Assembly: GCA_027491435.1 (NCBI GenBank)
Contig: JAOZFG010000004.1
Location: forward strand, 32,001-96,000
Length of the DNA stretch: 64,000 nucleotides
Reading direction: 5' to 3'
Source: Thermoproteota archaeon
GTDB lineage: Archaea; Korarchaeota; Korarchaeia; Korarchaeales; Korarchaeaceae
Positions 28,889 to 38,650 of the stretch are shown piece after piece; position 1 is the first letter of the stretch, and each line of letters opens with the position of its first letter. The notes beneath the pieces are model-generated. The model worked only from the letters and a program-made list of their open reading frames with translations. It made no database searches and was not told where the DNA came from. The position numbers and the translations under genes are program-made.

Positions 28889-29497
28889 ATGTCTAACTCG
28901 GAGCCAGAGCACTCGGATGAGGTCGAAGAGCTCCTTAAAAAACTTCCTGAACCGGAGATTAATATACAAAATGTTGTATCATCAGCAGATATAAAACAGA
29001 AACTTGATCTTAAGGAGATATCCAGGAAAATAAAGAAGTCTAGGTATGATCCGGATAAGTTTCCCGGCCTAGTCCTCAAGTTAGAACAGCCTAAGGCAGC
29101 TCTCCTCTTGTTTAGTAGCGGTAAATTTGTCTGTACTGGCACTAAATCGGTTGAAGAATCTGCAAAGGCCATAATGGCTGCCATAGAGACCCTGAAGAAG
29201 CATGGGATACCCATAACTAGGAAGCCCCTGATCAAGGCCGAGAACATAGTGGCCTCCGCTAAACTTCACGTTAAGGTGAACATAGAGAAGCTAGCCTTAG
29301 ACCTGCCAAATACCCTTTATGAACCTGAGCAGTTTCCGGGTCTCATATTCAGGATGAAAGACCCCGACGTGGTTTTCTTGATATTCGCATCAGGAAGCTT
29401 AGTTTGTACAGGGGCCAAGAAGGAAGCGGACGTAAAAAAGGCGGTATACAAGCTCAGGAGGATTCTAGCTGAAGGCGGCTACCTTATGCTTGATTAA
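28889..29497 (+). CDS. tbp: TATA-box binding protein
   Basis: Two repeats NVVSS/NIVAS, YDPDKFPGL/YEPEQFPGL, FSSGK...TG. Confidence 0.97.
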   Translation: MSNSEPEHSDEVEELLKKLPEPEINIQNVVSSADIKQKLDLKEISRKIKKSRYDPDKFPGLVLKLEQPKAALLLFSSGKFVCTGTKSVEESAKAIMAAIETLKKHGIPITRKPLIKAENIVASAKLHVKVNIEKLALDLPNTLYEPEQFPGLIFRMKDPDVVFLIFASGSLVCTGAKKEADVKKAVYKLRRILAEGGYLMLD

Positions 29498-29559
29498 TGG
29501 TAGCGGCTTTCAATTCAATTTTTTATTGGGAACCTCCGGAACTCCAATGGTGATTTCTC

Positions 29560-30657
29560 ATGGTAAAGACTACAATCTCCGTTATAAAGGCGGATATAGG
29601 GGGTTTAGCAGGCCACCACGTAGTCCACCCCAGGCTTAAGGAAGTATCTGTAGCAGAACTTACTGCCGCCAAGAAGGACGGGCTCATAGAGGACTTCTAC
29701 GTGACTGCTGTAGGTGATGACCTGCAACTGATCATGACTCATAGGAAGGGAGTAGATAACCCTGAAATACACGAACTGGCCTGGAACGTCTTCAGCAAGG
29801 GCACAGAAGTTGCTAAACAACTTGGTCTATACGGGGCAGGTCAGGACCTATTGAAGGACGCTTTCTCAGGTAACTTAAAGGGGATGGGCCCTGGAGTGGC
29901 CGAGATGGAGTTTGAAGAAAGGCCATCCGATCCAGTGATAGTGTTCATGGCCGATAAAACGGAACCTGGGGCGTTTAACCTGCCTATCTTCAGGACCTTT
30001 GCCGACCCCTTTAATACGGCGGGCCTAGTCATAGATCCCCGGCTTCATGAAGGATTCATTTTCGAAATAATGGACGTGTTTGAGGACAAAGTGGTGGAGA
30101 TGTCCTCTCCTGAGGAGATGTACGATATATTAGCCCTAATAGGCACTACTGGAAGGTACGTCATCAGGAGGGTCTTTAGGAAGTCTGACAGGGAAATAGC
30201 AGCGGTGGTCAGCACCACAAGGCTTAGCCTAATAGCCGGTAAATACGTGGGTAAGGACGATCCAGTCGCCATAGTTAGGGCTCAAAGCGGTTTTCCAGCG
30301 CTAGGTGAAGTATTAGAGCCCTATACTCTCCCCCACCTGGTGGCTGGGTGGATGAGAGGGTCGCACAATGGCCCCTTAATGCCTGTGGGGGAGAAGGACG
30401 CTAGGCCAACTAGGTTCGACGGTCCTCCCAGAGTGATAGCCCTAGGATTCCAGATAAAGAACTCTAAGCTTATAGGACCCAGCGATCTCTTCTCAGATGT
30501 GGCCTTTGATGAGGCCAGAAGGCTGGCAAACGTAATAGCTGACTACATGAGGAGACATGGGCCTTTCATGCCTCACAGGCTTGGGCCCGAGGAGATGGAG
30601 TATACAACCCTACCTAAGGTCCTAGAGAAAATAAAGGAAAGGTTGAAAGAAGCCTAA
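29560..30657 (+). CDS. fbp: Fructose-1,6-bisphosphate aldolase/phosphatase
   Basis: SVIKADIG, GLYGAGQDLL, YVGKDDP, GWMRGSH. Confidence 0.96.
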   Translation: MVKTTISVIKADIGGLAGHHVVHPRLKEVSVAELTAAKKDGLIEDFYVTAVGDDLQLIMTHRKGVDNPEIHELAWNVFSKGTEVAKQLGLYGAGQDLLKDAFSGNLKGMGPGVAEMEFEERPSDPVIVFMADKTEPGAFNLPIFRTFADPFNTAGLVIDPRLHEGFIFEIMDVFEDKVVEMSSPEEMYDILALIGTTGRYVIRRVFRKSDREIAAVVSTTRLSLIAGKYVGKDDPVAIVRAQSGFPALGEVLEPYTLPHLVAGWMRGSHNGPLMPVGEKDARPTRFDGPPRVIALGFQIKNSKLIGPSDLFSDVAFDEARRLANVIADYMRRHGPFMPHRLGPEEMEYTTLPKVLEKIKERLKEA

Positions 30658-31349
30658 ATTTTTACGAAAGGCTCGACTAATTCCTCAATTTTTCTTAATG
30701 GATTAGAGCTCTTTGCAACAGCTGAAGCCACTAGAACGCCATAACTTCCTAACCTAACGGCGGCTGAGACGTCCTCTTCACTGGTAATTCCGGCCCCACA
30801 CAAGACCTTGACGCTAGGATTCACGTCCATAACTGCTTTAACACTTTCAGTAATCACTTCTGGCTTTGCCCTAGATACAGGAATGCCCGTCCCTATAAGC
30901 TCCGGTGGTTCTATCGCCACTGCGTCAGGACCAAAAACTGCTACAGAGGCGCTCTCTTCAGGAGTAGGCGCGCAGACCACCGAAGTAAGGCCAGCTTTTT
31001 TTAAAAGGTCCACAGAGGCCTTTATGTCTTTTAACATCAATTGCCTCTCAGAATGGTTAATTATTGATCCTCGGGCGCCTACAAATTTAATTAGTTCCGG
31101 GGAAATGTGTCCTGTGTGCGCTCCAGGATCCACCGGATCTACGTGTTGAGCGAATATAGGCAAGTCTGTTCTAGAGGCCAGAAAGGTTAGATCGATAAGG
31201 TTGGGAGCTATGCCTATAAGAACGCCCGTTTCCTTCCAGACCCTCTCGGCCTGCCTTACAATGCCTAAAGCCCTCTCACCTACGGCCTGGGGGTAAGCCT
31301 TTAGGTTTATCAAGAGCCTAGGAACCTGCATAGGTTTGGGATCTACCAC
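30654..31349 (-). CDS. tpiA: Triosephosphate isomerase (archaeal type; start possibly ATG 31331)
   Basis: INLKAY, AQHVD, NHSE, EPPELIG, GAGI. Confidence 0.96.
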   Translation of the reverse strand: MVDPKPMQVPRLLINLKAYPQAVGERALGIVRQAERVWKETGVLIGIAPNLIDLTFLASRTDLPIFAQHVDPVDPGAHTGHISPELIKFVGARGSIINHSERQLMLKDIKASVDLLKKAGLTSVVCAPTPEESASVAVFGPDAVAIEPPELIGTGIPVSRAKPEVITESVKAVMDVNPSVKVLCGAGITSEEDVSAAVRLGSYGVLVASAVAKSSNPLRKIEELVEPFVKI

Positions 31350-31361
31350 AAATTTAATAAG

Positions 31362-32228
31362 GTGATTGGCTTGAGGATTAGGCCGGAATGCTTTTATTGT
31401 ATTTTCAGGGTCTTGAACAAAGAAGCCAGGCTTTTCAACTTGGATGGCGTGAACTTTGCCAAAAAATTCTTGAAGGAGGCTGCAAAGACCATAGATTCAG
31501 TGGTCACGCCGGCTGACATTGCTTACTTAAGGGAGTCCGTCCTCAAGGAAATACTCAACGAGGAAGACCCCTTCAAAGAGATAAAAAAAGAGAGATTGAG
31601 GAAGGTCTCCAAAGAGATAGCCCCAATTATAGAAAGGGAGCTAAAAAATCTGCCTGAGGGCTTCCACAGGTTTAGGTGGCTGGCCCTGAATGCAGCGTCC
31701 ATCAACGGGTACGAAGTCCCGTTGCACAGCGAGGGACCCGTAGAAACTTTTATCAACACCGTGAAAAAGGGATTGGCCATAGATAACACAGAAGAAGCCT
31801 TTGACATCCTCACTAGAACCTCTAGAGGGGAGTACGTGGTATACATACTCGATAACGCCCACGAATTCCCGGTGGACAGGTTGCTGATTAGGTACGTCAT
31901 GGGCTTAGGGAAGTCGGTTTACGTCTTCGCAAGAGGCAAGCCCGTGGCCGATGATATAACAAAAAGGGAAGTGCTCGAGCTGGATCCTGGACTAGAGGTC
32001 TTTTCCCTGTCAAGTCCATTGGGAGTGAGGCTAGAATTGGAGCACGAAACCAACAGAAGAATACTTCAGAACGCCAACCTAATTATAGCCAAGGGGATGG
32101 CCAACTACGAGACGTTAACTGAGTATGAACTAGATCCTCCGGTTCTCTACCTACTGACCGCCAAGTGCACGCCGATCGCTGAGGACTTAGGGATAAATAA
32201 GGGATCTCCTGTAGCCTTAATGGGGTGA
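31362..32228 (+). CDS. DUF89/ARMT1-like damage-control phosphatase
   Basis: PECFYC, DPF, LDNAHE, AKGMANYE, AKC. Confidence 0.85.
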   Translation: MIGLRIRPECFYCIFRVLNKEARLFNLDGVNFAKKFLKEAAKTIDSVVTPADIAYLRESVLKEILNEEDPFKEIKKERLRKVSKEIAPIIERELKNLPEGFHRFRWLALNAASINGYEVPLHSEGPVETFINTVKKGLAIDNTEEAFDILTRTSRGEYVVYILDNAHEFPVDRLLIRYVMGLGKSVYVFARGKPVADDITKREVLELDPGLEVFSLSSPLGVRLELEHETNRRILQNANLIIAKGMANYETLTEYELDPPVLYLLTAKCTPIAEDLGINKGSPVALMG

Positions 32229-32854
32229 TATTTATGCCTTACATAAGCGATGAGGAGGGAGAATACCTCGTAAAGACGGCGAGAAAGTCCATAGAGTACG
32301 CATTTAAAGGAAGGAACGTCGAAGACGTGTTGGTTGATTTCCCGCCGAGATCAGAGAAGCTACTAAGGCCATCAGGAGCCTTCGTAACCCTCAACACTTA
32401 CCCTAAGAAGGAGTTAAGGGGGTGCATAGGATATCCAGAACCTTCATTGCCGTTAATAGGCGCCGTAGTTCGAGCCGCTAGGGCGGCAGCGTTTGAGGAT
32501 CCGAGGTTCCCTCCCCTAAGCAGGTATGAGCTAGATAGGGTGATAGTGGAAGTATCAGTTCTAACTCCGCCGGAGAAAGTAACTGGAGTGCCTAGGGAGG
32601 AGCTGCCCTCTAGAATAGTGATAGGGGTCCACGGGCTCATAGTCAGGTTCGGCCCCTACAATGGGCTGTTGCTTCCTCAGGTGGCGGTGGAGTACGACAT
32701 GTCACCCTCCGAGTTCTTGGATCACACGTGCCTTAAGGCGGGCCTGAGGCCTGGGTGCTGGAAGGATGAGGACGTCGAGGTGTACACCTTTTCGGCCGAG
32801 GTATTCACAGAGACATCTCCTAACGGAAGGGTAGTAAGAGAAAAGCTGGTGTAG
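32225..32854 (+). CDS. AMMECR1-domain protein
   Basis: GAFVTL, LRGCIG, EDPRF, GLLLPQV, KAG. Confidence 0.93.
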   Translation: MIFMPYISDEEGEYLVKTARKSIEYAFKGRNVEDVLVDFPPRSEKLLRPSGAFVTLNTYPKKELRGCIGYPEPSLPLIGAVVRAARAAAFEDPRFPPLSRYELDRVIVEVSVLTPPEKVTGVPREELPSRIVIGVHGLIVRFGPYNGLLLPQVAVEYDMSPSEFLDHTCLKAGLRPGCWKDEDVEVYTFSAEVFTETSPNGRVVREKLV

Positions 32855-32857
32855 GGC

Positions 32858-34045
32858 TTGAAAGCCTACTTATCTGCCCTAGGAATAGGGCTTGGTCATG
32901 TATCTAGAAGCCTAGCACTAGCTAGGAGATTGACCAGAGCGGGCTTATCTGTAGCGATCTCCTCCTATGGAGACGCGCTAGAGTACGTTAAAATACATGG
33001 CGACGATATACTCGTATTTGATGGGGGTAGGGAGATTTCTTGGGTCATGGGCCCTTACGGTTCCCCTGACCTGATCAGGACCTTGAGAAATGTCCGGGAG
33101 ATACCGAAGTTCATAGAGCACGTAAGGGTGGAGATGTCCAACATAAGTAATTACGCCCCAGACGTAGTGATCTCTGACTCCAGGATATCCGCTGTCATAG
33201 CAGCTAAGGTGTTGGACGTCCCGGTGGTCGTCCTGCTGAACCAGCCCAAGCTTCTAATATCTCCTCTGATAACAGAAGCCATCTACAGGATAATCAAGGG
33301 TTTTTACTCGGACAGGATGATGAAGATTCCAGAAATTGTGGAGAGGGCGCTTAACACTGCCATGACCACCCTGTGGGCAGCTTCGGAGTTCGCCCTTATA
33401 GTGGACTTCCCCCCGCCGGATAACATATCCAGAGCTCAGACCAGCAACTTACCTAGGAGGATTCTGTCCAAAGCCGTCTTTACAGGCCCCCTAATAGAGG
33501 TGCCCTGTGAGCCCTCAGAGGAGGACCTCATCTTGATAATAGTTTCAGGCCCGGGGGCTGAGAGGAGGTCCTTGGCTGAAGATTTGCTAAAGATATCTGA
33601 TGATTTAGCTAGGGAGTTCCCAGAGTACGAGGTGGTTATATCCCTGGGAGAGCCGGGGTCTGATGAGGTTGTCGAGAGGGGAAATCTGAAGATCTACGGT
33701 TGGCTGCCAGATTCCGAGAAGTGGGAATACATGTCCAGGGCTAGCTTAGTGGTCTCTAGGGCTGGCCACACCACAATATCTGAAGCGTTGTTGTGTGGAA
33801 AGCCTTTAGTGCTCATCCCAACTCCAAAACACACTGAGAAGATTGAAAACGCCAAATCGGTCAGGGACAAGGGATTGGGCGTAGTAGTTGATCAGGTACA
33901 CGTCAGACAACAGTTAATAGGCGCGATAAAGAGAGTTCTAAGGGATCGAAACATGAAGGAGGGAGCGCTGAAGTTTAGGGAAAGGTACAAGGATTGGGAC
34001 TTTTTAGACAGGGCAGTCGGCCCTGTACTGGCTGCCCCCCGGTAG
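32858..34045 (+). CDS. GT-B glycosyltransferase (GT28/MurG-like)
   Basis: GLGHVSR, SRAGHTTISE, P-x2-HTE...NA. Confidence 0.85.
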   Translation: MKAYLSALGIGLGHVSRSLALARRLTRAGLSVAISSYGDALEYVKIHGDDILVFDGGREISWVMGPYGSPDLIRTLRNVREIPKFIEHVRVEMSNISNYAPDVVISDSRISAVIAAKVLDVPVVVLLNQPKLLISPLITEAIYRIIKGFYSDRMMKIPEIVERALNTAMTTLWAASEFALIVDFPPPDNISRAQTSNLPRRILSKAVFTGPLIEVPCEPSEEDLILIIVSGPGAERRSLAEDLLKISDDLAREFPEYEVVISLGEPGSDEVVERGNLKIYGWLPDSEKWEYMSRASLVVSRAGHTTISEALLCGKPLVLIPTPKHTEKIENAKSVRDKGLGVVVDQVHVRQQLIGAIKRVLRDRNMKEGALKFRERYKDWDFLDRAVGPVLAAPR

Positions 34046-34546
34046 CTATACCAAGGACCTCTCCACGGCCCACCTGAGCATCCTAAGGAAGTCGTTAAGT
34101 TCCTTCGACTTCAGGCCCTCGATTTCTAAGTATTCTAAGGTACCATCATCTTTAACCTTTAATTCGTACCTAGCGTTCGAAGACTCTTCGAATTCCTTCA
34201 TCTTCTTCAGCAGGAATGACTTGATTGGTTTGGACTCAGCGTCCACTAAGAGGCCCTCAGCAGGGGTGAACCTGAGGTAACCTTTAGCCCTATCTACCTC
34301 AACGATTCCGAGCGAATTCCCTCCCTTGCTGGTCAATTGAACCCTCTCCAGTTTTTTAGGCCCTTTTTCCACCTTTTTTCTCTCCAATTTATCCGCGGTA
34401 GTTAAGGTCTGCTCCAAGAGGGTCTCCTCTAGGGCCTCCAACATCTGTCTCAATCTGATAAGCTCATTCTCTAGCTTATTTATCCTCTTCTTGAGCAGTT
34501 CTCTAAGTTCTAGAAGCCTCTTTATCCTCTCATCATCCTGGGACAA
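34046..34546 (-). CDS. Hypothetical protein with N-terminal coiled coil
   Basis: Heptad-rich N-terminus; overlaps the lysS stop. Confidence 0.7.
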   Translation of the reverse strand: MSQDDERIKRLLELRELLKKRINKLENELIRLRQMLEALEETLLEQTLTTADKLERKKVEKGPKKLERVQLTSKGGNSLGIVEVDRAKGYLRFTPAEGLLVDAESKPIKSFLLKKMKEFEESSNARYELKVKDDGTLEYLEIEGLKSKELNDFLRMLRWAVERSLV

Positions 34547-36140
34547 TTTTACCTTCCTCCACGAGTTCCCTAAACATCTTCCTGAACCTCGACGGGCCGA
34601 CCCTCTGTATAAGGTTGCCCAGCCTCGGCCCGCCGTCCTGTCCCAGTATGGCCCTGTATATCGACCTGAAGAACTCTTTAGACTTTATCCCCTTCTCCTT
34701 TATCACTTGAAAGGCCAAGTTCTGTATGTCCTCTGCGTTCATGTCGTCTGTTATTCTGTCTAGGAATTCCTCTATGGCTGCGAGTACTTGCTGAGGTATG
34801 ACGACCCTTCCTTCCTCTTCTGAGAAGGAATCCACGTAATTCTTAGCGTACTCCACGTACTTAATGAACCATTCATCATCTAGAAGCCGTTCCAATGGTA
34901 GGTCGTAATATCTGGATATGATATCTCCAACGAACTTAATGAGTTCCTCCCTAGACAGGTCCCTGGGCGCCATCCTAGCTACCTTGAGCACCGCGGAGTA
35001 CTCGTAGGGTGGCGGAGGGGGCACCCCTTCAAGTAAAAACGTGTACTCTACCAGTCTTTTCAGAGATATTCTATCTCTTTCACTCTTTATTTTGTCAAGA
35101 TTATGATACAATTTAAGGTTTCTCTCAAACTCATTTATGTATTGAGGCGTATTCTGGAGGGAAATGTTTCTGGTGCCGTGGTACCTCTTGAACATGAGCA
35201 TCCTCAAGGTCTCAGGGGGGGAGTACTTCATCCACATCTGCGGGGTTATCACGTTACCCTTAGACTTGCTTATCTTCCCTCCAGTGGCGTCTAGAAACAT
35301 CTCGTACATAACTGTCATAGGGGGCTCATAAGAGAGAACCTCCTTAGCTATCCTGGCGTTTACTCTGAACGAATCAGTTATGTCCTTTCCGTGAGGCTCA
35401 AATACTATGCCTAAAGCAGCCCACCTGGCGGCGAATTCCCCTTTCCAGGAGAGTTTACCTTCGCCCCTCACGTAAGAGGCCTCTCCAACGTGACCACAGC
35501 CCTTAACACCCTTAAATTCCTGGTCACAGGCGTAGATAACCTTCTTCTCCTCTGGTATCACTTTGATGACCCTAGTAGTGTATATTCTGCCGCACTTCTC
35601 GCACCTAGGCCAGTAGTAGACCCACCCCTCCGGCTTACTGGATCCCACCTCTTCCCTCACTATTTTATCCACTTTATGGCTGTTCTCGATTAGCTTAGCA
35701 ACCTGTTCATCTAACAAACCCGAATTATAGGCTTCAGTCCCGGATATGAAGGTGAATTCGATGCCCAATTTCTCCAAAGCGTCTATAAGCATGCTACTCA
35801 TGTGTTCTCCGTAACTGGAGTGGCACCCCCATGGGTCGGGTATCTCGCTCACTGGCATGCCTAAATACTTCCTGTAATCCTCGGGAACTCCTGCGGGGAC
35901 CTTTCTCAACCCATCCCTGTCATCGCTATAAGCAATGAGTTCGCTCTTGAGGCCTCTAGCCTCTATCCCCAACTTTACCCCGTAGGCCCTCAAGGAGTCG
36001 CCTACTGAACCTATGTGTGGAAAGCCGCTAGCTCCTATCCCAGATTCCACCCTGAGCACGGTAAAATTTCTGCCCAACTTCTCCTCTCGCTCTATAATTT
36101 CTCTGGCTATCTTATCTATCCAGAACTCCGCCTTCCCTAT
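34533..36140 (-). CDS. lysS: Lysine--tRNA ligase, class I (probable ATA start)
   Basis: SGFPHIG, KISKSKGN, GPRL; FWIDKIA N-terminal motif lies upstream of the ORF-track start 36077. Confidence 0.95.
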   Translation of the reverse strand: MGKAEFWIDKIAREIIEREEKLGRNFTVLRVESGIGASGFPHIGSVGDSLRAYGVKLGIEARGLKSELIAYSDDRDGLRKVPAGVPEDYRKYLGMPVSEIPDPWGCHSSYGEHMSSMLIDALEKLGIEFTFISGTEAYNSGLLDEQVAKLIENSHKVDKIVREEVGSSKPEGWVYYWPRCEKCGRIYTTRVIKVIPEEKKVIYACDQEFKGVKGCGHVGEASYVRGEGKLSWKGEFAARWAALGIVFEPHGKDITDSFRVNARIAKEVLSYEPPMTVMYEMFLDATGGKISKSKGNVITPQMWMKYSPPETLRMLMFKRYHGTRNISLQNTPQYINEFERNLKLYHNLDKIKSERDRISLKRLVEYTFLLEGVPPPPPYEYSAVLKVARMAPRDLSREELIKFVGDIISRYYDLPLERLLDDEWFIKYVEYAKNYVDSFSEEEGRVVIPQQVLAAIEEFLDRITDDMNAEDIQNLAFQVIKEKGIKSKEFFRSIYRAILGQDGGPRLGNLIQRVGPSRFRKMFRELVEEGKIVPG

Positions 36141-36243
36141 GTTCCCACCGGGCTAACCACGTGCAAGGAGGAATAAGAAGTTTTTGTTGAGGAACCGCTT
36201 ACCCTCAACAAAAATTTTAGAGGGGGCTTTTCCCCCTCCAGGC

Positions 36244-36534
36244 TCAGACCTGGGTAAGCTCTATCTCTATTACGCTTATGTCCCTCCTGTTACCCTCTTC
36301 GTCAAGGATCTCCTCAGTGCCAGTCCTGAGGTCGGTTATCTTGATCTTCCCAGGGAAGTACTTGAGCCTGGTTATCTCGGCGACGTCAACGGCCCTTGAT
36401 ATGGACCTGCCCCTGGCCTTGAGGATGATTTTCTTCACTCCCCTGTTTATCTGGAGGGTAGTAGCCATCACATAATTGATAGCGGGTTTCTTACCTACAT
36501 AGACGATTCCTTCCTCAGCCACCATAGTACTCAC
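36244..36534 (-). CDS. albA: Chromatin protein Alba
   Basis: VGKKPAINYV, KARGRSISRAVDVAE, SVIEIEL. Confidence 0.96.
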   Translation of the reverse strand: MSTMVAEEGIVYVGKKPAINYVMATTLQINRGVKKIILKARGRSISRAVDVAEITRLKYFPGKIKITDLRTGTEEILDEEGNRRDISVIEIELTQV

Positions 36535-36615
36535 CTCTTGCCCGCCACTTGTTCAGTTATAGAGCCGGGAGGGCGAGCTGATATAACCAACCCTCCCCAA
36601 TTAAAAATGTTATCA

Positions 36616-36879
36616 TCACTCGTTGATGAGCTCGGAGAGCGGGAGTAGCACTACTTCCTTACCCGCTTTCCGCTCTACCAGTATAGGAAGCTTGCCCTTC
36701 CTTATCTCGAGTTTGGCCAGTTCTATCGGGTCATCTAAGCCTTCAGGTATCTCCTCTTCATCTAAAAATAAGGGAGAACCAGCAGCGATCTGCTGGGCCC
36801 TTATCGATATTATCCTGACCAGCTCGTACTTGGTTAATCTCTTTGGGCCCAGCAGACCGCCCTCACTCAAGGCCATCAC
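36616..36879 (-). CDS. rpoK: RNA polymerase subunit K (Rpo6)
   Basis: LTKYELVRIISIRAQQI...DPIELA...LPILVER. Confidence 0.93.
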   Translation of the reverse strand: MMALSEGGLLGPKRLTKYELVRIISIRAQQIAAGSPLFLDEEEIPEGLDDPIELAKLEIRKGKLPILVERKAGKEVVLLPLSELINE

Positions 36880-38516
36880 TCCTCCTTTTTCCCTCCTTTC
36901 TCTTCAAACTTCTTGCCGGCGGCAGCTATTATATCGTCTATCTTCAATATAGTCGTGGCGAACTCTGTGGCTGAGGTAATGGCCCTTCTAGTTACTCTCT
37001 CAGGCTCTATTATGTCCTTCTCTAACATGTTCTCAACTTCTCCGGTGTATATGTTGAACCCGTACTCCTTCTTACCCTCTGAGTGGGCCTTCCTGAGCTC
37101 AGACAGCTTGATAATCGGGTCATGACCGGCATTCTCAATCAAGGTCTTGGGTATTGACTCCACAGCCTCGGCGTACTTGAGCACCACGTTCTGCTCCTTA
37201 CCTCCTAAGGTCTTGGCGAACTCCTGAAGTTTGAGGGCAAGATCCATCCAGACGGCTCCAGCCCCCACAACTATCTTGCCATCTTCTATAACGTTTCTTA
37301 CTACGCTTAAGGCGTCATGTAAGTTCCTTTCAGCCTCGTCTATGACCTGTTTCTCTCCTCCCCTTATCAGTATGCTGACAGCCTTTGGGTTCTTGCAACC
37401 TTCAACGAACACCATCTTGTCCTCCCCAACTCTTCTTTCCTCAACTATTTCAGCGTATCCTAGGTCTGCTTCTGTTATCTCCTTGACGTTAACTACTATC
37501 TTGGCTCCAGTAGCCTTGGCGAGCTTCTCCATGTCGGACTTTCTGACCCTCCTCACGGCCAGTATGCCGTGCTTAGCTAGGAAGTGCTGGGCCACGTCGT
37601 CTATGCCCTTCTGGCAGAATACCACGTTGGCCCCGGTTGCGGCTATCTTCTCAACTAGCTCGGCTAGCATCTTCTTCTCCTGCTCTATGAACTCTTTGAC
37701 TTGAGCAGGTGAGGTTACCCTAATCTTTGACGAGATCTCAGGCTTCTTAACCTCAAGGGCACTCTCTATAAGTGCTATCTTGGCCCCGACAACCCTTCTG
37801 GGCATCCTTGGATGGACTACCTCCTTGTCCAGCACTATTCCCTGAATTAGCTTAGTGTCAAACAGGGAACCGCCCTCCTTCTTTTCTATCTTTATGTTAT
37901 CCAAGTCGACAACTCTCCTCCCGTCCTTTTCCTCAACAACCTGGAGAGCAGCGTCTACTACGAGCTCAGCCAGGTAATCTTTTGCTACAGCCACGGACTT
38001 AGAGCCCATAGCGATCTTAGCTACCTTTTTAAGGACCTCCTTGTCGTTCCAATCTACCTTAATGGCCACCTCATCCAGTATCTCCTTAGCCCTCTCCACA
38101 GCCTTTCTGTAACCCGATATTATGACGGTTGGGTGTATTCCCAGGTCCAATAGGTCCTCCGCTTTGGCTAGTAACTCACCAGCCAATATAACCACGGTGG
38201 TAGTACCATCGCCAGCCTCCTGCTCCTGAGACTTGGCTAGATCGACCATCATCTTAGCGGTAGGGTGCTCAACCTCTATCTCCTTCATTATGGTGGCTCC
38301 ATCGTGTGTTATGATCACATCGCCAAAGGGATCAACTAGCATCTTCTGCATGCCCTTGGGACTCAGGGTAGTTCTAATGGTGTCAGCAATTGCCTTAGCA
38401 ACGGTTATGTTGAGCCTCAATGCCTCCCTTCCTTTGGTTCTAGAAGTCCCCTCCTTGAGTATAAGGACGGGAATAGCTCCAGCTCCGGCACCTGCTCCAC
38501 CAGCTTCCATGGCCAT
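36876..38516 (-). CDS. ths: Thermosome (group II chaperonin) subunit
   Basis: TLSPKGMQK, ITHDGATI, GDGTTT, ILKIDDII; start placed at ATG 38516 after GGGGTG. Confidence 0.97.
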   Translation of the reverse strand: MAMEAGGAGAGAGAIPVLILKEGTSRTKGREALRLNITVAKAIADTIRTTLSPKGMQKMLVDPFGDVIITHDGATIMKEIEVEHPTAKMMVDLAKSQEQEAGDGTTTVVILAGELLAKAEDLLDLGIHPTVIISGYRKAVERAKEILDEVAIKVDWNDKEVLKKVAKIAMGSKSVAVAKDYLAELVVDAALQVVEEKDGRRVVDLDNIKIEKKEGGSLFDTKLIQGIVLDKEVVHPRMPRRVVGAKIALIESALEVKKPEISSKIRVTSPAQVKEFIEQEKKMLAELVEKIAATGANVVFCQKGIDDVAQHFLAKHGILAVRRVRKSDMEKLAKATGAKIVVNVKEITEADLGYAEIVEERRVGEDKMVFVEGCKNPKAVSILIRGGEKQVIDEAERNLHDALSVVRNVIEDGKIVVGAGAVWMDLALKLQEFAKTLGGKEQNVVLKYAEAVESIPKTLIENAGHDPIIKLSELRKAHSEGKKEYGFNIYTGEVENMLEKDIIEPERVTRRAITSATEFATTILKIDDIIAAAGKKFEEKGGKKEE

Positions 38517-38650
38517 CTTTATCACCCCTTTATAATGTGGATTGCTCCGGAGCATCAGGCCATGAGCGAGTTAAAAACCTTATCTAGGGGTAAAGCCCGA
38601 TCAAGCCTGGCAGAAAGTGTGATCTCAAACGTGAGGGGGAATCTAGGATA

